Below are positions 10,202 through 20,659 of a DNA stretch of 64,000 nucleotides, in pieces. Below the pieces are notes generated by a model that did no database searches, was not told the DNA's origin, and saw nothing but the letters and a program-made list of their open reading frames with translations. Position 1 is the first letter of the stretch. The number at the start of each line of letters is the position of its first letter. Source of the stretch: Schizochytrium sp. TIO01 (Eukaryota > Protista > Bigyra: Labyrinthulomycetes); the NCBI GenBank assembly GCA_004764695.1, contig SMSO01000035.1, positions 2,666,001-2,730,000 of the forward strand. Reading direction: 5' to 3'. The translations under genes were made by a program, and so were the position numbers.

Positions 10202-13200
10202 ATGAGCCGAAGCCCTGCAGCGGTCGAGCCAGTTCTGACAAATAACGAGACGGATGAACATGAATCAAATACTCTGGCCTCTGAAGGGTACGCCAAGCGG
10301 CTACTTACACGGGCTATAGAAATTGATGATCAGAGTCCTTTCGACCGGCACATTAATTTACACAGTCCAACAGGCGATCACACAGGGAAGCTATTAGGCT
10401 CTTCAAGAGGCACATCATCAAAAGACAATTTAGAAATGGCCGAGCTTTCTCGGCTTCAAGCAAAAAATTCGTCTATTTTGAATGTTTACATCCGGATGCA
10501 CCCTGTAACCCTTCACTTCAACGATGACGTACTTGAGAGAAGCTATAGACAGGTTTCAGATTCAAAGCGAAGGTTTTCAATTTTAGCAGCATATGTGTTC
10601 CTAATTTTCCTTACAGAGTATGCTTGCATTAACTACTTTGCTAATGTCGACCACGATCGCAACACCAGAGATACTTTAGATATTACAATCCTTCAGGTTC
10701 TCGTCGTACTTCTTTGTTTTATATTTTTGCTGACGTCAGCTAAGGTGTTTTATTACAAATTGGTCCGCAAAATCAAATTAACTTCCTTTACCCTGAAATT
10801 CCAATATACAAACCTACATGACTTCCTCCTCTGTGCATCGGTCATGATCATAACTGTGTGTCATATACGCCTTGAGATTGATGAGCATCAGGATGTTGTC
10901 CATATCATATTTATTCTTTCGGTTGCTTATCTTACGGTGATTATAGGAAGAATGAACTACATCAAAGCGACGGTTGTTTTAAGTTGTGTATATGTGTACC
11001 TCATTGGGATTCGGGAATACTTTTTCTCCTTAAACAGTGTTAGCATGGTTCTTTGTAATTTTGGAATCATATCCTCTTTACGTCTTGCGGAGCATAATAG
11101 TCGACGAGATTTTCGCTTAACACGTCGATTGGCTGCAGAAAATATTGATGTGAAGGTGGACGTAACTACGCAAGGGTGGTTTAGTAAAGGCCAGTCAAAG
11201 GTGGCCCCGGCTAAGCCGAGCGTCTGGGCACTAGAAGATACCGATCAAACCAGCACAACTCGAAGCAACAAGATTGCACTGTCACATATAATTCGGAGCA
11301 CTGAAATCAAGCTAGATAGAACGCTTGGAGCTGGTGCTTTTGGAACAGTGTCCAGTGGTAAATGGCGTGGCACTGATGTTGCAGTAAAGCAAATTCATGG
11401 TGCGCCCACCCAATCTGCAATTGAAGCATTTGGTACCGAGTCTGCTATCATGGCCAGCATTCGGCACCCATCCATTGTCATGCATCTTGGAGTTTGCTTA
11501 AAGCCTCTAATGATGGTAATGGAACTCATGCCACGTGGGTCACTGTATACTATTATTCATGTGAAAAAGATTCCCCTAGACTGGTCATTACGCATTCGAA
11601 TGTTACACGATACAGTTCTTGGAATGACTTTTCTCCATTCATTAGATGATCCTATCTTTCACAACGACCTGAAAAGTCTCAACATTCTCGTAGATCAAAA
11701 TTGGCATTGCAAAGTTAGTGATTTTGGACAGAGCCGCATGCGAGATGCAGCGCAACAGATCGAGGCAGCTCAGGGGTCGCTTTTAAAATCACAAGGTTCT
11801 GAGATGGCGAAAAAGATGTCAGAGGGTTCAGTGGAAAGTCCAGTGCAAGGCCCAACGGAGAAAAAAGATGCAGAGGAGGAGAGAACTAGGCAAGACAAAA
11901 CTGAAGATGCTTTGGAGAGTATCGAATCAAGTTCAAAACAGGAGAAACAAAGAACTAACAGCAAATCTTTCTGCAACATTGAAGCTAAGCCTATGGCAAC
12001 ACTTGGGTGGGCGTCTCCAGAAGTGCTCTGCGAAGAGCCTTTGACAGGAAAGAATGACGTCTATGCGTTTGGTGTCGTGATGTATGAAGTTCTTTCAGGC
12101 ATAACACCTTTTGCAGCTGTTCCTCGTGAAGCAATCGCAGCAGCAATTATTGACGGGAAAAGGCCAGAAGACTACACCGCCATTCCTAACCCAAAGAATG
12201 GTGAAGTTGCGCTCGAGGGAGCACAGCTAGACGCATTCTCGTCCTTAGCGCTTCTAATGCGGCAATGCTGGAGACAAGTCCCAGAAGAGAGACCAGACTT
12301 TCCACAGATCTTGGAAATGTTGGAAAATGCTCGTAGGTTGTATTTTGGCGAAGGCTGTCAAGATTGGGACGAAGAGGTGGTAGTGCCATACCGCACGAAT
12401 CTACAGCAAGCTGATACTGTACATAATCGATCGCAAATAACGTTTGATATTAAGCCAGATGAATTACAGATTGGTCCAAAGATCGGCTCTGGGGCGTACG
12501 GGCAGGTATTCGAGGCCTTGTACCACGGTACACATGTTGCTGTTAAACAGCTTTATCACACAGATATGCCAGAAAGTGTTTTGAAGGAATTTCAAAAGGA
12601 ATGTCAGCTCATGCTATCTTTTCGTCATCCTAATGTTGTGCTCTTTCTCGGTGCAAACAGTCAGCCTCCAAAGTTACTTTTGGTGACAGAGCTGCTGACC
12701 CGTGGTAGTTTGTACTATACTTATACGTCCAGTTCAAGACCTTCCACTCGTCAGCGACACATGAAGATGCTCCATAAAATCACAGAAGGAATGGCACTGG
12801 GACTCAATTATTTACACAACAGGGATCCTCCGGTTATTCATCGTGACATGAAAAGTCCAAATGTTCTTCTAGATGAACACTGGAATGCAAAGATCGGGGA
12901 CTTTGGGCTATCCCGAATCAAGGAAGACGGCAAAGTTATGACATGTGTTGGTAGCCCATTATGGGCAGCGCCGGAGATGCTTCGTGGAGAAATGTCTGGT
13001 TGCCCAAGTGATGTATACAGCTTTGCCATCGTGGTATGGGAGCTTCTCGTATGGGGAGAGCCTTATCCTGGAATGAGCCCGAACGCAGTGATGAGACAAG
13101 TAGCCATTAAAGGTATGCGTCCTAAACTTCCGGGGGATTGTCCTAACACTGTGAGAGAATTGTTACTAAAATGCTGGGAGTCTGATCCAAATAAGCGACC

Positions 13201-13252
13201 AACATTTGATCAGATTATTCCTTTGGTCGAAAAGTGGAATAAGCTTGAATAA
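10202..13252 (+). CDS. Multi-pass membrane protein with two tandem TKL-type protein kinase domains
   Basis: About 6 hydrophobic segments, then kinase 1 (GAGAFG, VAVK, HNDLKSLN, DFG, WASPE) and kinase 2 (GSGAYG, VAVK, HRDMKSPN, DFG, GSPLWAAPE). First ATG at 10202. Confidence 0.9.
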   Translation: MSRSPAAVEPVLTNNETDEHESNTLASEGYAKRLLTRAIEIDDQSPFDRHINLHSPTGDHTGKLLGSSRGTSSKDNLEMAELSRLQAKNSSILNVYIRMHPVTLHFNDDVLERSYRQVSDSKRRFSILAAYVFLIFLTEYACINYFANVDHDRNTRDTLDITILQVLVVLLCFIFLLTSAKVFYYKLVRKIKLTSFTLKFQYTNLHDFLLCASVMIITVCHIRLEIDEHQDVVHIIFILSVAYLTVIIGRMNYIKATVVLSCVYVYLIGIREYFFSLNSVSMVLCNFGIISSLRLAEHNSRRDFRLTRRLAAENIDVKVDVTTQGWFSKGQSKVAPAKPSVWALEDTDQTSTTRSNKIALSHIIRSTEIKLDRTLGAGAFGTVSSGKWRGTDVAVKQIHGAPTQSAIEAFGTESAIMASIRHPSIVMHLGVCLKPLMMVMELMPRGSLYTIIHVKKIPLDWSLRIRMLHDTVLGMTFLHSLDDPIFHNDLKSLNILVDQNWHCKVSDFGQSRMRDAAQQIEAAQGSLLKSQGSEMAKKMSEGSVESPVQGPTEKKDAEEERTRQDKTEDALESIESSSKQEKQRTNSKSFCNIEAKPMATLGWASPEVLCEEPLTGKNDVYAFGVVMYEVLSGITPFAAVPREAIAAAIIDGKRPEDYTAIPNPKNGEVALEGAQLDAFSSLALLMRQCWRQVPEERPDFPQILEMLENARRLYFGEGCQDWDEEVVVPYRTNLQQADTVHNRSQITFDIKPDELQIGPKIGSGAYGQVFEALYHGTHVAVKQLYHTDMPESVLKEFQKECQLMLSFRHPNVVLFLGANSQPPKLLLVTELLTRGSLYYTYTSSSRPSTRQRHMKMLHKITEGMALGLNYLHNRDPPVIHRDMKSPNVLLDEHWNAKIGDFGLSRIKEDGKVMTCVGSPLWAAPEMLRGEMSGCPSDVYSFAIVVWELLVWGEPYPGMSPNAVMRQVAIKGMRPKLPGDCPNTVRELLLKCWESDPNKRPTFDQIIPLVEKWNKLE

Positions 13253-13598
13253 CCAGCCGTGAGAACTGAATAAATGTATTACCATCATTTCAGTATTGCA
13301 TCACCCGTCTTTACACAATCATGCAATCCATATGTGATATTATTATGTTTTTAATGGACTTTAACGTAGTAGGTACTCTTTACAAATACTTAGGGAAATT
13401 CTAATGCACCAAATAGCATAACAATATGCTTTTCGTTAAGTTTGTTCTTGAAACAGGTTGATCCCAATTATCCTTCAAAACCTTTGTACATCAACTTTGC
13501 CTAGTTTGAGCCTGTGCGTTATATTTATGCGTAAGATGGCAGTATTGTGTATATAAATTTCCACCTGGACATCAGTTCTTGCATGAGCAAAGTTCATC

Positions 13599-14084
13599 CT
13601 ACTCGCACTGCTCAAAACGAATTGAGGTGGCATCACCTTGCAGAGGGAGATAATATGATACCACCCATCTTTCCCCCGAATCTGGGTGCTTGACGGTCAT
13701 TCTTCTATTGAGGCCTGCAACAACCTGCTGTTCCGCAGCCACTACCTCAACGTCAGCCGTGCCAAAACGCTCCTCCAGCAAGCTTTGTGACTCAGTCCAT
13801 TCCTCTTTTGCAGTCGTGACATCCACGGCTCTCCAGCCACCCATGAGCTGCTTCGAGTGGCCATTCTGTGCCATCGTTGCACACGCTGTGCTTTTCTGCT
13901 TGACCTGAAAGCTTAGGCTATCTTCAGAAGCTTCGCTGTTAAAGTTCTGTGTTCCAGTAGATTCCTGGAAAGTCCCCAGCTCTTCCGGAGGCGACTTGGC
14001 CCACGCTCCAACAAGTACGAGCAACACCACTGCCACTAGGACTGCAAGTACTGTAGATCGAGTTAAGGTTCTGTTGCGAATCAT
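13599..14084 (-). CDS. Secreted cystatin-like cysteine protease inhibitor
   Basis: Hydrophobic signal peptide, N-terminal trunk LMGGW, first loop QQVVAG (QxVxG), second loop YLP. ATG at 14084. Confidence 0.75.
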   Translation of the reverse strand: MIRNRTLTRSTVLAVLVAVVLLVLVGAWAKSPPEELGTFQESTGTQNFNSEASEDSLSFQVKQKSTACATMAQNGHSKQLMGGWRAVDVTTAKEEWTESQSLLEERFGTADVEVVAAEQQVVAGLNRRMTVKHPDSGERWVVSYYLPLQGDATSIRFEQCE

Positions 14085-14506
14085 CGTCACGCCCCTGTAT
14101 GTTGTTTTGTGATCAATGGTTTTGAGTTGTTGAACTGTTGATGCCTTGAGTAATCCAAGAATGCAATCAATTCCTTCCCTCGAGTTCTTGCTGTTAATTA
14201 GAATTAAAAATTATATTCTAGGTAGTAGTACCTAGATACACTAGAGGACACCTATCAAAGTCCTACGCAGCAAGTTACGAAGTATTTCTCTCACTTTGTC
14301 CCTTCATTGCGCTGAGACCTCGCTGGCTTTAGCTTTAATTGAGGGGTCGAGTTCGAGGCAAAACTTGTCGCACAAGTGCACCCGCTCGGCTAGGCTTCAG
14401 AGGCTAAGGGTTCATAGATAGTCGGGAGTGTGTTTTCAAGGACTGACAAGACGATTTGTACCATGTTGCCTTTCAAGATATGTTCTAGTAGTAATACAGT
14501 CAAATT

Positions 14507-15985
14507 CTAGTTTTTCTTCTTGCTCTTGTTCTTGTTCTTGTTATTGCCTTTCTGCTGTTTGCGCTCTTCGTTAGCAACCTTATTTGCAGCTGCCTTTTCT
14601 TTCCTGAGTTCCTTGGATGCTGCTTTCTTCTCACGTTTGAGACGCTCAAGCTCAGCGAGTTCTCGACCCCATGTATCCTCAACATCATCATTTGATGTCC
14701 CATTTTCGTTGTCATTGAGAGTCATAGATGACTCTTGCATTGGATTTTCGTTTGATATGACCTCATATAAATTGTCCCCTTCCTGAAGCTTGCGTATACG
14801 CTCCCGTTCGGCTGCCATGGCAATTTCTTGCTCTTGCTCTTGGGCCTCAAGACGCTCATCTGCTGCAATTGCGAAGGCTTCATCGAATGTAAACCTCCAA
14901 AATGGCTCCTCTTCTTGAGACATGCCTCCATTTGCCACAGCCGATTCCAGTGCAAAGGCGAGGGCATCGCGCATAGCTTCCACCTGTCCTGATGAAATGA
15001 GTTCTGCACGTGAGGGATCCTGTTCTGCAAGCTTAAGGATCAATGATGGAGATCCTTCAGTAGGGGCTTTGGAGTCACCTTGTAGTTCCAGTAGAATTAA
15101 TGCAACATTTGCATCAAATTCCGTCTTGAGTCGAGCCATACGTTGCTGGTGTTGCGCTTGGAGGCGTTTGGAATTTCTTCTTTCATTCTCTTGCTGTTTA
15201 CGCCGTTCTTTCTCGAATCGCTCTGCTTCAAGCTTTTCCTGGTGAAGTTGTTCCTCTTCCTCTTGATGCTGCCTTTCTCGGCCAGCTTCAAGTTCGTCTT
15301 CACTCATCTCCTCCCGTGATGGGATCTTTGTTGGAGTGAGGAACTTTGGCTGTACGCGAACTAAGCTGAGGACCTTGCGAAGCAATGCTGCACCAACAGT
15401 ATCGTTCCAGCCACGTCTGAACTCAGGGTTGGCCTCGAAAAACATATCTAGAAATGCTTCTTCAGTACCACCATTCGACATTACCGCTTCTCGCTGCTCC
15501 TTGAAGAAAATTGAGCTCATCGCCTTCGCTCGCTCACGACTCCATTGAGCATTTTGTATATAGGAAATCAGCCAGATTAAAACTACGAAACCTGAAGAAA
15601 CTACCACGACGGGGTCTGATTTGGAAACGCGAAAAGCAGGCCGTTCGAGCCCATAGACTGGGCGAAAGCCCCGAGGAAGGCGTTCAATGAAATCATCGTA
15701 GTCTGCACGACTTTCTTCATTCATGAGAACCTCCTTTGCACGAACGATTTCTTGGAATCTCTCCGGAGAAGCATTTGCATTGCGATCTGGATGCAGGTCA
15801 AAACTTAGTCGCCGATATGCCTTGCTGATTTCCTTGGCGGAAGGTTTATGGTCGAAAGAGAGGCCCAAGGCTCCATAAAAGTCATTCTGGAAGTACTCAT
15901 AGGCGTTTCCATCGTACAATGATGTGCCGAGGGCTACTGTCACGAGCTGCAAAAACAACAAGATAACAACAAGAGTCTTAGCCAT
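14507..15985 (-). CDS. ER-type DnaJ (Hsp40) membrane protein, DNAJC25-like, with a coiled-coil tail
   Basis: Signal peptide MAKTLVVILLFL..., J-domain (DFYGALGL...ISKAYRRLSFDLHPDRN...RADYD), TM segment VVVVSSGFVVLIWLISYI, charged coiled coil, C-terminal SKKKN. ATG at 15985. Confidence 0.85.
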   Translation of the reverse strand: MAKTLVVILLFLQLVTVALGTSLYDGNAYEYFQNDFYGALGLSFDHKPSAKEISKAYRRLSFDLHPDRNANASPERFQEIVRAKEVLMNEESRADYDDFIERLPRGFRPVYGLERPAFRVSKSDPVVVVSSGFVVLIWLISYIQNAQWSRERAKAMSSIFFKEQREAVMSNGGTEEAFLDMFFEANPEFRRGWNDTVGAALLRKVLSLVRVQPKFLTPTKIPSREEMSEDELEAGRERQHQEEEEQLHQEKLEAERFEKERRKQQENERRNSKRLQAQHQQRMARLKTEFDANVALILLELQGDSKAPTEGSPSLILKLAEQDPSRAELISSGQVEAMRDALAFALESAVANGGMSQEEEPFWRFTFDEAFAIAADERLEAQEQEQEIAMAAERERIRKLQEGDNLYEVISNENPMQESSMTLNDNENGTSNDDVEDTWGRELAELERLKREKKAASKELRKEKAAANKVANEERKQQKGNNKNKNKSKKKN

Positions 15986-16457
15986 GATGACGATGCCAGG
16001 AGACCAAGAAGAGTGATTACTGCAGCTCAGTGACGTCCAGACGCCGAAAGTGAAGGATAGTTGAGAGAAACTATATAAGAGTGTTTGTCCTTGCTGAAGG
16101 AGGACCAAGGGTAGTAGGTGCCTACCCTTAATGGGATTGCACTCAGTATTTGAGCTCGTTGATGAGGAGCAACTCCGCTCTGTCTAATTTTGAAGCAACT
16201 GTTTTCTGTTCTTTTGAATATTGTTATTATATTTAGCATAGCACATACTAGGCTAATACTGGGAGCAGTGGTGCGTTTACTGAGGAACACTCAATTACTT
16301 GATTTTTTACTATGTCTACATGCCTTGGTACCTAATTTGGGAATGTATGCATACGCTTTCTTGGCGAAATAAACTTGATCAAAGATATTCAATTGAAAGG
16401 CAGCAGGTTCGAGAAGGACAAATTCCTACTAGTATTTGTTGACATTCATAAACTTCG

Positions 16458-19400
16458 TCAGAACAAGGATGACGAGGTTTTAGTGAGATACTGTGTACGG
16501 GGCGCAACAATGGGATCGAGTTGAGGCAGATTCATGCGGTGCATTATCTGTTGTTTCTGTAATTGTGCTCGATGTGAAGGCTTAACTGGAAACTCGCGGG
16601 GACCTTGACGCTTCGACTTGGCAGCAAGCATCAGCATTTGCTGAGCGGCAGACATGTTTGCATTTGGATCTGGAGCCAGAAAGCGCTTGCGATCGTCAAC
16701 ATCACTGATATAGTTGAGGTTGTAACGATTTTTTGTTTTGGCATGAAGTATGTTGAAATTGTCAACCTCATCTAACTCACGGTCGCGTTCTGTGTCCTCC
16801 TTACGCTTCAGATTTTGTTGATCGATGTTGCTAAGCATTTTCATGTGTGGGGTATGGCTGTGAAAAGTTGACAACACATCGCTGAGATTTTTAGCGCGAT
16901 GAATAATCAAAGACTTCTTTCTTGCCCAGGACAAGACACTACCTAAAGACCATGGCCTGTTTTGACCAAACATACCAATTGCAGAGCCATCAAGTGTCCA
17001 AAGCATAAGAGTGCAATCAGTAGAAGATGTCACAATTAACTCAATAGAACCTTGCACGCCCTCTGACCAACGAATATACTGGATATTGGCTATTGCTTCC
17101 TGGTGGGCGCGCCATTTATGCAGTGGTGTGCTAAGCTTAAGGCCACTACCCTTCTTCAAAGTATTTAGATGCAATCCACGAAGGTCCCATACTTTGATTT
17201 CACCTTGTGTGTCACCTGAAAAGAGGTATGCATTTGTATCTGTATCTGTGGCTAGTGCGCCAATTGACTCTGGAGCTGCGCTTTGGGCATCAATTTCAAA
17301 GAGTAGTTTACCTTCGAGGTGGTCCCAAAATCGGATAAAGCCGTCTGCGCCAGATGATACAATACACTGTAGACGTTCAAGGAAGATTAGACCCTCAACC
17401 GCAAGCCGGTCAGGCTTGGGCAAATTCCGCATTTGTTCCCTTTTTTTATTCATTGCAGCTTCTTCCTGTATGCTACGTATTTCTTTCTCTTTAGCGAGGC
17501 CACCAAGTTCCGAAGCTCGACGGAACAAGAACTTTGAAGACTGTAAATCGGCTACAGCCGCCTTTTGACTTTGCGAGACACTTGACGGATCGCCAATAGT
17601 TGATTGACGAATGAGCTTTCGTAATGTTCCAATATCCTTTTCTTCTTCATCGTTTTGAACTTCCTTATTGCGATCGTCACTGCTACTAGAAAACTGCTCG
17701 AACAGAGAGCTTTTGGGTTTATCCACAGCTCTTGGGATGGCAGTTCGGCTACGAGGAGAAATTTTATCTTGGAGTGAAGCATTTTTGGAAGCTTTTGCCG
17801 GTTTTGATCTCTCATGGGTGAGTAAGGAATATAGCAGCTGTCGTCTTGCAGCACCTGCTATGTGGTGTTCAAAAGCACCTGGCTTCAATAGTCTTCGGGC
17901 AGCTGGAGAATGCCCAAGGCGGTATTTGAGAAAGCCGCTTGACAGCGACCAAGTGAGGATGCGTCCATCATCCCCCGCTGTAGCGATGGTGTTGTGTCCA
18001 CAGTAAATAACTCGATTAATATCATCGAGATGCGCTTTCTCAACATGCCTCGGTAAAGGAAGCGATAGGTCGTATTCGTTAATGTTAGAATCTTTTTGCT
18101 TCTCTGAGAAGAAGAAGACACGCCGGTCCCAGCCTGTTGCGACAATATAAGTATTTTCAACCGTAAAGCCATTGCCTTCCAAGACATCAGTGAAACAAGC
18201 AATTGATGTTATTTCTTGATCAGAAGAAGAAGGTGCGAGAAGCGGAGCTGCTTCACCTCCGCGTGTTTTGAGGAAATCGCCTAAACATGCACCTGTATTG
18301 AAATTCCAAACTTTGATAGAGCCATTATGTGATCCTGTAAATAATCGTCGTCCTCCTACGTCGAAACACATGCTAGTAACATGAGAATCGCCATGCGGGT
18401 GCAGAAACCGGAAATTCAGCCGTCCAGAGTAAACATCCCACACGTGTACCTCAAACGCAGCTGCGCTCACAAGTTGATGAAAACCGCTGTTGAAAAGAGC
18501 TTGTGTTACAGGAAATTGATGGCTCTTCTGCTCAGTTGGTATAATAACTTTTGCTTGACGGATATGTAAGGTACGGTTATAAAGGACAATGCGCTGTTTA
18601 CTTTCGTCGAATATCATACCTGAAAGTTTTTTCTCATCTGAACCGCCACAGTGAATGTACTGAGTACAGGAAAATGTAGTAAGGTCCCAAATGTGAACTT
18701 CGTTGCTTGTGTTCAAAGTGATGAGCTGGTGTTCTCTTTCATTGAGATGAACACTTTGGATTGGTGCGGTAACTTCCTCGGGGTTGTTGATTTCCTGCCC
18801 TATCGCGCATGTGTATGGGTTCCAGAAAAGAATACGTCGCTCAATTCCAGCGCTAGCAATAAGTTTGAGTCTAGGAATGAAGATAAAGTCGTAAACTGCT
18901 TTGGTATGGCAACAAAATGACCTTAAGATACGGCGCTTCTCGATATCAATTAGATGTATCGCGCCGTCGCTCCCGCAAGTCATTATGGCACCGATGTCTA
19001 CGTCAATTTTAAGCTGTGTAATGCGATCTTCGTGCGCTCGAAGCTGAAAATATCGATTTACGCCACGTGGTAGACGCACGCGACTAGGTATATCAATATT
19101 GGTATCAGCAAAATGCCATTGATTGGGTTCCAAATGCCAGATATGGACATATCCACTATCATCGGCTGAAACCAGCACTTCTTTAAACTCGCTAAGTGGT
19201 CCGTGATAATAGTCAAGTAAAACAGGGTTACTTGCAAGGGGATGTATCCTACCAACGCAATCGAAAGCCATGGTTGTTTCATAAAAGGCAATGGTGCGGT
19301 CTCCTGTAGCGAGAGCGAGCTTGCTCGATTGATGCATATAACAACAATCATTAATCCACGCCGGACCTGCTGCTCTAAAGTATTGGGTAGGGCATGGTGG

Positions 19401-20219
19401 CTCACGAGTGATGACTTTGGACTTTTTAGGTTTTCCACTCGGCTTTGACAAATTTAGGGTTTTAGCTTCACTTGCAGCCGCTGCAGCTGCTGCTCGACCC
19501 TCCCTCTCAGCTGCTGCCTTGCGCATGCTTTGAATTGGAACGGTAGGGTCATGCAGTACTGTGCGGATGTGTGTTAAATGATTAAAGCTTTGCCATAGTC
19601 TCACAGAGCCATCTTCGCTACAGGTGGCATAGGCTCCGAGAGCAGGGATGTTCCGGACGCGAATGATAGGTCGCGCATGATGCTGGTGATAGTTCTCGTG
19701 CGGTTCTTCAAAGTCTTGACTGATATATTCGCACTTGATGTCTTCCTTCTTCATGAGTTCTGTTCCTTTGTTTTCTAATAGCATATACTCTGTAAATTCG
19801 GGCCAATCGACCGAGCCATCAGAATTGGCGTCGATCTTCATAAATAGGCGTGTGAGCTGGTGCTGTGATAAATTATCTCCAAGAATATGTCCAAATGCCT
19901 TGACAAACTCGTCCATGTCAAGTCCACCCCCTCCGTCAACATCTGCAAGTTCGAACGCAATACGCAGCTCATGAAGCTTATCTAGACTGATCAAATCACT
20001 ACCACTAGATGAATATGCTTCTTCCAATACTGAAGATGCTGAGACCTGGCGTGCTAAAGGCGGAGGAGACCTGCGGCCATGCACGGGGCTAGCATTTTCG
20101 TCAAAGGTGTCGAGGTCGAGGTCCAGGTTCTCTGAGGAGTCAGGATCTCCTTTTCTACCGGCGGGAATAGGCACCGACACTGGTTTTACAGGTTTTTCAG
20201 AATTCTGCTCAGACGCCAT
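16458..20219 (-). CDS. EF-hand + WD40 repeat protein (WDR49/WDR64/EFCAB8-like, probably ciliary)
   Basis: 1253-aa ORF. EF-hand pair (DVDGGGGLDMDEF; LFMKIDANSDGSVDWPEFTEYML) followed by many WD repeats, ending TSSTDCTLMLWTLDGSAIGMFGQNRPW. Confidence 0.85.
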   Translation of the reverse strand: MASEQNSEKPVKPVSVPIPAGRKGDPDSSENLDLDLDTFDENASPVHGRRSPPPLARQVSASSVLEEAYSSSGSDLISLDKLHELRIAFELADVDGGGGLDMDEFVKAFGHILGDNLSQHQLTRLFMKIDANSDGSVDWPEFTEYMLLENKGTELMKKEDIKCEYISQDFEEPHENYHQHHARPIIRVRNIPALGAYATCSEDGSVRLWQSFNHLTHIRTVLHDPTVPIQSMRKAAAEREGRAAAAAAASEAKTLNLSKPSGKPKKSKVITREPPCPTQYFRAAGPAWINDCCYMHQSSKLALATGDRTIAFYETTMAFDCVGRIHPLASNPVLLDYYHGPLSEFKEVLVSADDSGYVHIWHLEPNQWHFADTNIDIPSRVRLPRGVNRYFQLRAHEDRITQLKIDVDIGAIMTCGSDGAIHLIDIEKRRILRSFCCHTKAVYDFIFIPRLKLIASAGIERRILFWNPYTCAIGQEINNPEEVTAPIQSVHLNEREHQLITLNTSNEVHIWDLTTFSCTQYIHCGGSDEKKLSGMIFDESKQRIVLYNRTLHIRQAKVIIPTEQKSHQFPVTQALFNSGFHQLVSAAAFEVHVWDVYSGRLNFRFLHPHGDSHVTSMCFDVGGRRLFTGSHNGSIKVWNFNTGACLGDFLKTRGGEAAPLLAPSSSDQEITSIACFTDVLEGNGFTVENTYIVATGWDRRVFFFSEKQKDSNINEYDLSLPLPRHVEKAHLDDINRVIYCGHNTIATAGDDGRILTWSLSSGFLKYRLGHSPAARRLLKPGAFEHHIAGAARRQLLYSLLTHERSKPAKASKNASLQDKISPRSRTAIPRAVDKPKSSLFEQFSSSSDDRNKEVQNDEEEKDIGTLRKLIRQSTIGDPSSVSQSQKAAVADLQSSKFLFRRASELGGLAKEKEIRSIQEEAAMNKKREQMRNLPKPDRLAVEGLIFLERLQCIVSSGADGFIRFWDHLEGKLLFEIDAQSAAPESIGALATDTDTNAYLFSGDTQGEIKVWDLRGLHLNTLKKGSGLKLSTPLHKWRAHQEAIANIQYIRWSEGVQGSIELIVTSSTDCTLMLWTLDGSAIGMFGQNRPWSLGSVLSWARKKSLIIHRAKNLSDVLSTFHSHTPHMKMLSNIDQQNLKRKEDTERDRELDEVDNFNILHAKTKNRYNLNYISDVDDRKRFLAPDPNANMSAAQQMLMLAAKSKRQGPREFPVKPSHRAQLQKQQIMHRMNLPQLDPIVAPRTQYLTKTSSSLF

Positions 20220-20659
20220 GTCATCAATATCTGTAAATTTATGAGTTTGGGTGGCGGTTCTTCAACCCGGAATAAAGGATACGACTAAGCCCCTGCGTCG
20301 CGTCTAGGCAAACCTGTAAGCCAAACTCAGACGGTTTGACAGCCATGTAATTGATCTTTTACTCGAGCAGCTTTATGTCTTGTTGCGCAAGCCTTAGTGT
20401 TCACAGGCATGATGCAAGATAAACGAACCTACGCTTTTACTCTGTGCTAGCTTGAGTATTTAACAATCCCGCGCTTGAGCTCCGCGTTTCCTTTGATTGT
20501 GCGTTCCCATGTGCAGGTGTGCACTAAGGAAACCCGCACGTTCTCTCTGTGGGCTTACCTTTACAAAAGAAAAGAAAAGAAAAGAAAAAAAGTACCTCAG
20601 TTCCTATCTAGTTACACAAAGTTATTATCACCCCAGAGAATAGTATATTTATTTTTTAA

